64,000 nt of DNA from Selaginella moellendorffii (taxonomy: Eukaryota > Plantae > Lycopodiophyta), in assembly GCF_000143415.4 (NCBI RefSeq), contig NW_003314274.1:562806-626805 (forward strand), given 5' to 3'. A program made the position numbers and the translations under genes. The notes beneath the pieces were generated by a model. The model did not search any database, had not been told where the DNA came from, and was given only the letters and a program-made list of their open reading frames with translations. Shown piece after piece: positions 12,510 through 23,800 of the stretch (the stretch's first letter is position 1; every line of letters starts with the position of its first letter).

Positions 12510-15500
12510 GTAGCTTTTCTCTTTGTCTTTTGCATTTTCCAGTTTTGATCTTGTTAGGGGTCTTGACAGTTTGATTCAAATTGTTTTTCCTTTAGCTCGT
12601 TTTGATTGTTTGACTGCCTTTGCCTTTTTTCCCCCCTTTTTTCTTTCTTTCTGCCGATGGAGTCTCCAAGCCATCCTGATTTCTTTGCCGAAGTCCTTGC
12701 AAAAATCCAGTCTAAGAATACTGAGTTGAGGGCGACCCTTCTTCGCATGCAGCAGGAGCTTGCTTCACTTTCGGCTCAAGGATCCAGCAAAGTTCCTGAA
12801 CCGAAGGTGAGTTTCCCGGTGAAATTTTCAGGCAAGTGTTCGGAGCTTCGCAGATTCCTGAACCAGATGGAGTTGATCTTCGCACTTCAACATCGGTGGT
12901 ACCCCACTCCCGAGTCTCAAATCGGCGCGATTGGGACGTTGCTCGAAGGTGTAGCTTTGTCATGGTTTTCTCCTCTTCTGGAGAAGAGCATGAAACGGGT
13001 CGTGGTTCCAGAGCTGATGGATCTTCAATTGTTCAAAGAGAAGCTCGAAGCATATTTTGGCAAGACGGATCAGGTTCGGGCTGCTACCACAAAGATGAGA
13101 CGTCTCTCTCAGGGGTCTTGTCCTGCCTCGATCTACGCTGCAGAGTTTCAACTCCTTGCCTTGGACACTCAGTGGGATGAGCGGGCCCTGATTGACCAAT
13201 TTCGTTTCGGCCTCAACAACGGTGTCAAGGATTTGTTGCTCACCATGGAGGATCCCAAGGACCTGTCGGATGCCATCAACAAAGCTGTTCGATGTGACAA
13301 TCGTTTCTTTGAGCGTCGTCAGGAAAGTCACCACGCCGCTGTTTTTCCGTCCCAGACTCAAGAATCCTAGCTTGAGTCTTCAGGGCATACTCCTGAACCT
13401 ACTGCTCCGGTCCCGATGGATATTTCTGGTACTCCCCGACTCATCAAAGGGAAGTTGAGTCCTGCTGAGAAGCAACGTCGAATATCTCATAATCTTTGCC
13501 TCTACTGTGCTGATCCTAATCACAAAGTAGCTATGTGTCCCAAGAAGCCTCCCCAACTGCTCGAGTTCACTCTACCTCAAAATCCACCTTTGTTGAAATC
13601 AGGAAACGACCCTGTTCAAATAGAGTAGGAGCTGTTTGTTTGGACTCCCCGAATAAAAATCACTTTTCTTCTTTATCAAGCTCCTCATCACCTTTCATCA
13701 AAGCCACCACCAATTCCTGCAACTTCTGCGTCCCACGTCTCCTTTCTTTCACCAGATAATCAGGACTCAAGGCTCTGGCGCTACTGGACTCGGGTGCAAC
13801 TTCCTGTTTCATGGACACGGACTTTGCTGCCCGACATCATGTTCCTCTTTCTTCTACCATATGGGATCTGAGGGTTGAAGGCATCGACGGGCATTTTGTG
13901 TCTCCATCTTCTGGACTTAGGGAAACGTTGCCCGTTCGAGTACACATCGGGTCCACCGTCACCGATATTGCCTTCAACATCATCAACAGCAAGTCCTCCT
14001 CTGTGGTGTTCAGTCTTCCTTGGTTCCAACTACATTAGCCTCAAATCTGTTGGAAGGAATTACAACTCATCTCTCCCACATCACCATCTCCCATGGCTTC
14101 CCCTGTTGTTCATCGAGTCCGAATCAGGAAAAGTTCCCTAAACTCAAATTGGGGTTCTGTTCTTGACTCTATGAAGTTTTCACCCTCTTTTTTTTCCTCT
14201 CCTCCATCTTACATTGGACAGTATCCTCGTCTCATCATTCCATTTAGTCGTACGCCTCCTCCTATCTCCACAATCACTATGAAAGAACTCCTTTATGAAG
14301 AATTTATTTTCCTTTTTGCTTTGCATGTTTCTCCTGTCAGTCTTCCTAAGAAGTATCATGATTTTGGGGATGTGTTTGACAAGAAAAAAGCTAGTGTACT
14401 GCCTATTCATTGACCTTATGACTGTCCCATTGATTTACAGGAAGGAGCGTCACCTCCGTGGGGGCCTATCTACGGGTTATCCCCGTCCGAGCTTAAGGCC
14501 CTCAAAGAGTACGTGGATGAGAACCTTGCCTCCGGGTACATTTAGCATTCGCAGTCCCCGGCTGAAGCGCCTGTCTTCTTTGTCAAGAAGAAGGATGGGA
14601 GTTTGCGGCTAGTCATCGACTACCGAGGTTTGAACAAGGTGACAGTTCGGAACCGTTATCCGCTGCCCCTGATCTTGGACCTATTGGAACGCCTCAGCGG
14701 TGCCCGCTTCTTCACCAAGATTGACCTCCGTGGAGTATACAACCTGATCTGGATCCGGCTTGGTGATGAATGGAAGACTGCGTTCTGAACCCACTATGGC
14801 CACTTCGAATACACTATCATGCTATTTGGCTTGACAAATGCTCCAACAGTTTTCCAACACATGGCGAATGACGTCTTTCGGGAGTTTCTTGATCAGATGG
14901 TGATTGTCTACCTTGATGACATCCTCATCTACTCAAAAACTCAAGAGGAGCACGATGAACATGTATACAAGGTGCTAGCGAAGCTGCGGGAACATGGCCT
15001 ATACGCGAAGCTTGAGAAATGTTCCTTCGATCAGCAGTCTATGGAGTTCCTTGGGTACATTGTCACTCCTGAGGGTATCACGATGGATCCTGCCAAAGTC
15101 AAGACTATTCTCGAATGGGAGCCTCCACAATCAATGTCAGATGTTTAGGTTTTCCTTGGCTTCGCCAACTTCTACCGCAAATTCATTATTCACTACTCTG
15201 ATATTGTCCTTCCTCTCACGCATCTCACTGGCAAGGATGTTCCCTTCTCTTGGTCTGCTGCTGCCCAGCAAGCCTTCGACACACTCAAGGCGGCCTTCAG
15301 TTCTGCTCCCATCTTGATCCACGTTGATCCCTCACAACCTTTCTTCATCGAGGCTGACGCCTCCGACTTCACCATTGGTGCTATGCTGTCTCAACTCGGA
15401 GCGGATCACGAACTTCATCTGATCGCTTTCCATTCTCGGAAATTCCGGTCTACAGAGATCATTTACGAAATCCACGACAAGGAGCTCCTTGCCATCATGG

Positions 15501-17243
15501 ATTCCTTTGGAGAGTGGCGCCGTTTCTTGGAGGGAGTGAGCCATCAAACAACAGTCTAGACAGATCACAAAAATCTCGAGTACTTTGCCACTTCCAGAGT
15601 TTTGAGCCGTCGTCAAGCAAGGTGGGCACAATTCCTGAGTCAGTTTGACTTTGTTATCAAGTACAGACCTAGAAAGCTTCAAGGCCTTCCTAATGCTCTT
15701 TCAAGGCGCTCCTATCTTAGTCTCAGGCCTGATAATCCTACCTTCGATCAATAGGATCAAGTTATCCTTGGTCCTAACCGGCTTCAAGTTATGGCAATTT
15801 CCCTGGCCCCTCAGGACTCCTCCTTGATGGATGCAATCAGAAACAATCTTCAATCCGATGACCTCGCCAGTGACATTTTCCCCCATCTTCAAGTTGGACA
15901 CCCAGTGACTCCCGACTGCTGGCAATTTGACGAGTTCGAGTTCTTAGATGGCTTGTTGTACCGTGGGGAGCAGCTTTACATTCCTGAAGGTGATGCTCAA
16001 AGGTTGGTCCTGATGGCGTACCACGATAGCCCGACTACTGGTCACTTCAGCATCGCAAAAACCTTTGAGCTGGTTGCACGGGACTTTTGGTGGCCTCACA
16101 TGGACGACTACATAAAAAATTTTGGCTATTTTTATCCCCATTTATCCCCTAAGGTTTTAAAGATCCATGTTACCTCCTGTGACACTTGCACCCGAAATAA
16201 AGTACCTCGCCACCTTCCTTCAGGATTGCTTCGTTCCCTCCCGGTCCCTTCAGGTCCTTGGAAATCCATCTCCATGGATTTCTTGAGTGATCTTCTGAGT
16301 TCTGGAAGCTTCAACAGCATTTTAGTCGTGGTGGATCACTTCACAAAGATGGCACACTTCCTGCCGTGTACCAAGGAGTTTTCGAGCGAGGACATACATT
16401 AGAACAATTCCTAAGGTGCTTCATCAACTATCATCAGGATGACTGGTTCAATATCCTTCCCCTTGTTGAGTTCTCCTATAACAACTCTGTTCACTCCTCT
16501 CTTTGAGTTTCCCCCTTCTTTGCGAACTCTGGCCAAAATCCCCAATTCAATCTCTCACTTCCTTCTCCATCTGAATCCTCTTATTCAAATCCCCGCTCTG
16601 AGACATTTGTCTCCAACCTCCAGGAAATCCACAACTCCATCTCCTTCCACCTCCATCGTGCTCAGGAATCTCACAAAACATTTGCCAATGTCCATCGTCA
16701 GGATTGTCCCCCTTACAATATTGGGGATAAAGTCTGGCTCCTCAGGCAAAATATCTCCACCACCAGGCCATGTCCCAAATTCGATTTCAAACTCCTCGGT
16801 CCTTTCCCTATCACTGCTATCATTAATCCTGTTACTTATCACCTTGCACTTCCCTCCTATCAAATTCACCGCGTTTTCCACTCCTCTCTCCTTGAGCCTT
16901 ATATTCCCAGTCCTATTCCAAATCGGGTCATTCCTCCGCCTCCACCAGTGCAGTTCGAGGATGGGTCTGAGTACAAGGTTCAGGACATCCTTGATTCCAA
17001 GATCTCACGGTCTAAACTCTACTATCTGGTCGACTGGAAGGGTTATGGACCTGAAGAATGCACTTGGGAACCTGCGGACAACCTGATTCATTCTCCTGAC
17101 CTTGTTCAGGACTTCCACCGTTGCTATCCTTCTCATCCCAGTCCTCATTCTTTTTCTCCATCTCCCGTCCCTCGCCGTCCATCTTATCCTCCTCTTCGTT
17201 CTCATTCACGTCCTTGTTCCACTCATTCTTGAGGAGGGGGTAC

Positions 17244-17603
17244 TGTCAAGAATCCCTCAATTCATACCACATTCCTGAATCTTGCTGGATTCCTAACCTG
17301 CAGACCACATTCTTGATTCTTGAGACACTTCCCTATTCCTGACTCTCTGATTTCCTGTATGATTCCTGAGTCTTGAGCCACATTCCTTATGATAATGTGG
17401 CGCTTCCTCGACCTCAGCTATATTTATGCCGTTCTCAATCCAAGAGTGGTGGAGCTTCATCAACTTATAGTATATATAGGTTAGCCTTGTTCCATTTCTT
17501 CACAATTTAAATCAACACTAGTCTAGGCCTCTTCTTTGTTTCCATTAGCTTTTCTCTTTGTCTTTTGCATTTTCCAGTCTTGATCTTGTTGGGGGTCTTG
17601 ACA
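17244..17603 (+). repeat. 3' LTR (360 bp)
   Basis: TGTCAAGA...TCTTGACA, preceded by the PPT and followed by TAAAC. Confidence 0.95.
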
Positions 17604-18419
17604 TAAACTCCTTAGTAGCAAATAATAAAATAAAGGCTCTCATTAACACTCATAACTGGGGATATACACTCAACTCGAAATTGTAACTAAAGTGACTTAA
17701 CTTTTGGAACAAGGGAATACTCAACACTATAATTGATCAAAGACTCCACAATAAATTAAAAGTAAGATTCTGAGCTTCACATATATGCTCAATATTCAAA
17801 TTAGTATAAGAAGGATAGAAAACACTCAACTTAATACCAGATTGAAAATGAACATTATAAGAGTTAGAAATGATTAATGTGCCAGGAGAAGGAAATATTC
17901 TAGATGAGAAAGGAACACTAGGAACATGAGAAGATAGCTTAAGTTGAGAAATAATTAAAGGCTAAGAAAAAGTAAAATGTAAAGAGAAAGGATAAGATGG
18001 CAAATTAAAAGATTGATGTAAAATCTCCAATTCATCTCTAAAATAATTTCCATAATAATCAAATTCTTCATCACAATCTAGAATTTATTCAAACTTGTAA
18101 ACATTATTGTGAGATATAAATATCTAAGCCCCAAAGTGGAGCCATAAAAGTGCCCCATAATAGTAGTTGAAGTGGAAGTCCAACAAACATAAAACTCTTG
18201 TGACAGTGAGAAGAATGACTCCTCCCTAGAGCTTGTAGGGAGGCAGCCATGGCCACATGTTTGGACCAAACACTCTAACTTGGAAAGTTGAGCGCGAGAA
18301 TGGATCTTCAAACGAAGTGCTCAAGGAATAATCATGAAGCAATCAGTGAATGAGTTTTTAAAGAGGAACATAAGAAAGACTAATACATGGCAAGTGTTGT
18401 GACACATGGAAGTGTCAAG

Positions 18420-18780
18420 AATGACTCTAAAAAAAACTCCAAGAAGGAGTCTGAAATGGAGACTAAAGAGTTTAAAAAAGAGTCGAAGATGAAGCCGAAA
18501 TACTCTCGAGATGGAGTTTGAGGTGGAGTCTGAAATGGATCTGAGGTAAAGTCTAAAATAGACTGAAATAGAACCCAAAATGGAGTCTAAGATGAACCCA
18601 AGATGAACTTAAAATGGACTCAAGATGGATTTGAGATGGAGTCTGAAATGGACCCATGATGAAATTTGAAATGGAGTTTGAGATGAACTCGAGATGGGCC
18701 TGAGATGAAATCTAAAATGAATTCAAAGACTAAAATTCAGACCAAGATCAAATCTAAATCCAAATCCAAATCCAAATACT
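18420..18780. repeat. Degenerate ~12-bp minisatellite (ATGGAGTCTGAA-like) ending in (AAATCC)n
   Basis: Repeated ATGGAGT(C/T)TGA(A/G), ATGGACTCAAG and ATGAAC units, then AAATCC x3-4 at ~18750-18776. Confidence 0.75.
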
Positions 18781-19158
18781 AATACAAACTATAGAGTGAA
18801 AACCCAAAACAATTATCCCCCAGAGGGGAAAAGGGAGCAAACAAAAGGGGTTTTAAAAGTATAATAGGGAAAGTGTGAAAGTTCAATTCCAAAAAAACTA
18901 ATTTGGCCTGGCTCAAAAAACCTATACCCATGTGATATAATCAGTCCAAGGATAAAAACCCAAACCCCCTCTGTAAGTGATTTCGACTAGTCCAGCTCAT
19001 AGTAAGTCCCGTGTGACTTACTCATTTAATATCGTGACAAGAGCTTTGAGTTGCTACGACTCTAGAGGAGAATTTTTGCAAGAATTGATAATCATGTAGA
19101 GCACGGCTTCCAGCAAACCCTTGAAAGTAGAAGTTTCTAGGAGCTCCATCAGCCGTCC

Positions 19159-20628
19159 ATGGCTCCCCATGGCGACGAAGACGAAGAGAAATCTCTCAGA
19201 GATCCTCTACTACTCCCGGATGAACAGGAGGAAAAGCTCGTCCAGGACGGGAGCTTGGATTTCTATGGATCTCCAGCGGTGGCTTCCAAAACAGGGGGGT
19301 CTCGCCTCTCCACTCCGCCGGCCTTGCTCGTTTTCATGCTCTGCTGCTCCCTCTCGCTCTATGGGGTCTCTTACAACTTGGTCCTCTTCATGGTCTCCAA
19401 GCTCGGCCTCTCCAATGCGGCGGCGGCAACCCAGGTTAGCATATGGACAGGCGTTCACGACTTGTCCCCGCTGCTCGTCGCTTACGTCTCCGACTCTCAC
19501 CTGGGAAGATTCAAGACAACTCTGGGTGGTTCGCTGATCTATTCCTTTGGATTGGCTTTGCTCTCGCTCTCGGTCCTGCTCGTCGAGAACAAAGTTCGTG
19601 TAACTTGGCTGTTTTTCGTGGCTCTCTACGTGATTGCTCTGGGGAAAGGATTTGTGGCGTCGCTACTGGCATTTGGAGCCGACCAATTTGATGGCAAAGA
19701 TCCGGTCGAGGCCGCGAGGAAGAGCTCGTACTTCAACTGGTACTACTTTAGCTCATCCATGGGTCTTCTCCTCGCAGTGGTGGGTGTGGTGTATATCGAA
19801 GACCGGCTGGGTTTTAGCAGCGCTCTCTTCGTTTGCACGGGGGCGATTCTTTTCGGGATCATGATTTTTTCGAGCGCCACCAAGTTCTACCGATATGCTT
19901 CCAACTTGACAGGAAACCCATTCGCGGGGCTCTCTGATCATTCCAACTTCGCGGGAATTTTCTTGGTGTGGCTCGGATCGGTGATGTACGAGGCAATGCG
20001 AGCACAGACTTTCTCGCTCTTCGTTGAGCAGGCCGCGCTCATGAACACAAAAGTTGGCAGCTTTCGCGTCCCCCCGGCATCGCTCAACTGTTTCGATCCC
20101 ATCAGCGTTCTGGTGTGGACGGTCGTCTATGATCGCGTCTTGGTCCCGGTGATGCGTCGAGGGACGGGAAACTCGCGGGGTTTTACGTTCTTCCAGAGGA
20201 TGGGAGCAGGGCTTGTGGTGATGACAGGGGCTATGGCGTGCGCGGCTGTGCTGGAAGCAAGACGTCTCGCGAATTTCCACGACGAACGAGGTCAGATCAA
20301 CGTTTTGTGGCAAATCCCCCAGTTCGCGCTTGTCGGCGGCTCCAAGGTTTTCTATTACGTGGGATTGATCGAGTTTCTCTATGACCAAGCTCCCGAGAAC
20401 TTGAGAACTCTGAGCGCGGCCATGGCGTTCTTCTCAGCGTCGGTGGGGAGTTTTCTTTCCGGATTTCTCGTGAGCATCACGTCGAGCATCACTGGAGAGC
20501 GGGGATGGATCCCGCGAGATCTCAACGATGGGCATTTGGATTACTTCTTTTGGCTGCTCGTCGCGCTGGGCGTCGCGAACTGGCTGTTTTTCCTGGCCTC
20601 GTCTCGCAGTTACAAGTTTAAAGAGTAG
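19159..20628 (+). CDS. NPF/PTR (POT family) transporter, intronless, 489 aa
   Basis: DGSLDFYGSPA; SDSHLGRFKT; AFGADQFD; SYFNWYYF; FVEQAALM; VPPASL; QRMGAGL; WQIPQF; EFLYDQAPE; DLNDGHLDYFFWLL. Confidence 0.93.
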   Translation: MAPHGDEDEEKSLRDPLLLPDEQEEKLVQDGSLDFYGSPAVASKTGGSRLSTPPALLVFMLCCSLSLYGVSYNLVLFMVSKLGLSNAAAATQVSIWTGVHDLSPLLVAYVSDSHLGRFKTTLGGSLIYSFGLALLSLSVLLVENKVRVTWLFFVALYVIALGKGFVASLLAFGADQFDGKDPVEAARKSSYFNWYYFSSSMGLLLAVVGVVYIEDRLGFSSALFVCTGAILFGIMIFSSATKFYRYASNLTGNPFAGLSDHSNFAGIFLVWLGSVMYEAMRAQTFSLFVEQAALMNTKVGSFRVPPASLNCFDPISVLVWTVVYDRVLVPVMRRGTGNSRGFTFFQRMGAGLVVMTGAMACAAVLEARRLANFHDERGQINVLWQIPQFALVGGSKVFYYVGLIEFLYDQAPENLRTLSAAMAFFSASVGSFLSGFLVSITSSITGERGWIPRDLNDGHLDYFFWLLVALGVANWLFFLASSRSYKFKE

Positions 20629-20829
20629 GTATAATATGTTAAGAGTTTAAACGTTCTATTCGGAAGGCAAATTTGTCTGCTGCCAACCAAGACTGATCCT
20701 CCTGTCTCTTAGTTCTGCTGCTCGAATAAGTTATTCCACAGTTGTATCTTTGCCGCTGGGGTGCGTCTTCCAGCGCAATCCAGGGCCTTCCCAATTTCTT
20801 TTGGTGCAATCGGTGCATCAACCGTAAGG

Positions 20830-23800
20830 GTTAAAATAGGCCAGCAAATTCGTGACAAAACCTTGGCTGTGGCAAGAATTGGAATAAAAATCTGACCACT
20901 ATCCTAGATCTTACATAACGAAGTCAGAGATCCTCTGATCCCCTGGAATATTCCTCGTATCTGCTATGGGGAGATTAAATTGATTAGCCAAGTGATCATG
21001 TAGAGAGAGAGAGTGGGAAATAAAAGATTTGTTGCCTAAGCAATATTTTCGAGGGAGTGATACTTTCTGTCTCACCTCAATAAACACTAAGTCTTTGAAT
21101 AGATTTCTAGCAGTTCTTGTTGTTTGCTCTTGTTCTATAGAGTTAGTCTTTTTCATGTTTTCAAGCCTAGGCTCTCCAACCAAACAACATTACCATCACG
21201 ACAAGTAACATGAATCACAAGAATATTTTAAAATATTCTTAAAATATTTTAACATGAATATGGCATGGGGATTTAATGTTGGAATGCCTTAAGGTTGAGA
21301 AGCTGGTCTAAGGTTTGCTCTTTGTTTATTTATGAGAAATATAGTGTAAGTGATGATGGATATAATGAAGGTTGTCATTAGGCAAAGATGCCAAATTATG
21401 AGATGAAGAAAGATTTCCTACTTTATATGGATTTTTAAGGTTTAAATCAACTTTGCACCTATAATTACCCTTAGTATGTTAAACATATGATATCATAAAA
21501 TGAAAGTTGTCACTGGATGTTTATAACAACTAAAAAGTTGATTATTGCTAACTTTTGTTCCAGCTTACATAACAGCAATGACTATGATGGTGACAATGGT
21601 GATATTGGTGATCTTGGTGGATCAGAGTTGGAGGAACTTGCTTTGTTGGAGGCTGCAAACATTGGTGTTGCCCCTATGTAGCCAACTCAAGTGGCTCCAC
21701 CTCCATCCTCATCATTTCTATCTGCTACTGCTCTACAGCAGCAATAGTCTTCACTTGCCTTTGCTCCATAGTAATAGTGCCTAGTGGTTCCACCGCCAAC
21801 TTTTCTAACTCCACCACCACTATTTTAAGTTTCACCTCCATCTTTGCCATCATATTTTCTTCTGAAAATGTCTCCACTATGGTTGGGTGTGGAAGTTTAC
21901 TGGGAAACTCAAGGTGTGGCCTCTTACCCACTTATTTCCCAAGTTTCCTATTGGCTCTTTGCTACAGTAGCAACAGTTGTGCCAGCCCACTCAAGTTCCC
22001 CTGTGTAGTGCTATGTCATCACCATCACATGGTACCAGCCAGCAACAAGAGGGCTGAAGCTTCCACTTGTGTTGTTGATGACACTAGCATCTTAGAGGAT
22101 AGACTTGGTCCTAGCCAAAGCTTATCTAGCTAGGAAGCAAGAGCTACCTTCCCAACAGCATTGATAACAACAACAATAGTGATGTAGAGAGTCCCCACTT
22201 ACTTTCCTACCACCACATCATGTCCTTACAACCTTTTCAAATGTTGGACTTGAAGACTATCAAGGATGCTCTTAAGATGATGCTCTAAAACTCTTTTAGA
22301 GAGCTTTTGAAAGAGTTCAACTCTTTTCTCTATGGAAGAGAAGTTGTTAAGAAGCTTAAAACACTTAAATATCAAGGTTTATTTCGGCTTGTGACTAAGA
22401 AAAATTCATGTGCTACAGTGCCAGTGGTAGAGGTATAACTTGGTGCTGGTAAGTGATGTAGCTTAAAATAAATTACACTTTATTTCCTAAAAGGATGTTT
22501 TAACTATAAATATTAAGTTACTCACAATTAACCCAAAAATCCTAGTTCAAATTGAAATAAATCCTATGGCTATCAAAATATATATGACATTATAGTTGTA
22601 CAATTGGACCTCATATAAAAGAAAGATTTGGTTCTTCTCTAGAATACATTCTTGAAAGGTTTGACATACTATAGTTTTAGAATTTATAAACTAGTGGATT
22701 TATTAAGGGATTTTATTTTTAATCCTTTTGTATGAAATGATTTAGTTGTTGTACATATATATTTTATAGAGGATTGGCATGCTGAATGTTATGCTGAACC
22801 TTATAAATTTATGGTCTAACTTGCTGAAACATTCAATACTATCTCTTCCACTACCACATACATTAAAATTGGGAAAATTAACTAACACTAGATCATCCAT
22901 TTTATACTCTATAAGTGGATAATGATAGGGGTTGTAATACTACTATTGTCCCACTTATATATGACCTAAGTATTCTATAAACTCCACTTAAAAAATGGAA
23001 GAATACTCTTTAAATGTTTATCCCATGACTTAGCATTAGTAGTTTATGGCAATTGTAAAAGTAAACTCAACTTTGTTGGCTATATTAAATCTTGATTATA
23101 TAAAAGTTTATATAATGAAACACTAACAAAACTCTATACCCATGTAATATATGCATATGGAAGAGATGACAAATAACCGTCCTAGTCCAAATGCTAAAAT
23201 TCATGATTATCCTTTTGAAAGTCTAAATAAACCATTCTATCAAACCATCTATTCGTAGATGATAAACACTTGAGAAAGTGTGGTGTATCTCTAGCTAAAA
23301 CATCAAAATGTGAAATGCCTTAGCCATAAATATGGGATAAATATCCAAAAGAATCAATTCTAAACAAGAACATTGAAATATTACTTGATTTAGGAAGAAA
23401 TATCCAAGAGAAGTTTCAAATGCACTAGTAAAAACATCAACTTCCACCAAATAAATCAAGTAATTAGAAGCAGTAATAATATATTTATTACCAATAATCA
23501 ACCATTAGGGGTTTCAAATATATAATAGAGATAGTGGGTAAGTCAAGCATAACTAACCAACCTAAGGTATAGTTGTAACATACATAATCATGGGATGAGA
23601 TTTGAATATATTATCATTGTGGATTTTTGAAATTTTAAAGGATAAATAGGGATAATATAAGCATTAAGAGCTCTTTTATTAAGCAATTGCCCCTTTTTCA
23701 GTTGACTTAAAGAGAAAGAGATAGAGTGTGTTATATCTGGTATTAAAGAAAATGATTCCTATTGATTAATGGCTACTTAAAATATACTATACTCTTAAGT

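Larger units (their letters stand above)
12124..17603 (+). mobile_element. Ty3/Gypsy chromovirus (Tcn1/Tf1-sushi-like); both LTRs present, coding region inactivated
   Basis: TG...CA LTRs; TAAAC target-site duplication (12119-12123, 17604-17608); PPT GAGGAGGGGG at 17231-17240. Domains: gag with CLYC..H..C knuckle, protease [18 protein letters not shown] and YLDDILIYS, RNase H EADASD, integrase H..GH/CDTC and SMDF, chromodomain YLVDWKGYGPEECTWEP. Many premature stops. Confidence 0.97.

Noticed and set aside
21219-21240. Perfect palindrome AAGAATATTTTAAAATATTCTT
   Set aside because: Low-complexity AT sequence in decayed DNA; no TSD or partner.
21540-23100. Possible DIRS- or LINE-like gag/RT remnant
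   Set aside because: Motif traces too eroded to assign by eye; would need a translated HMM search.
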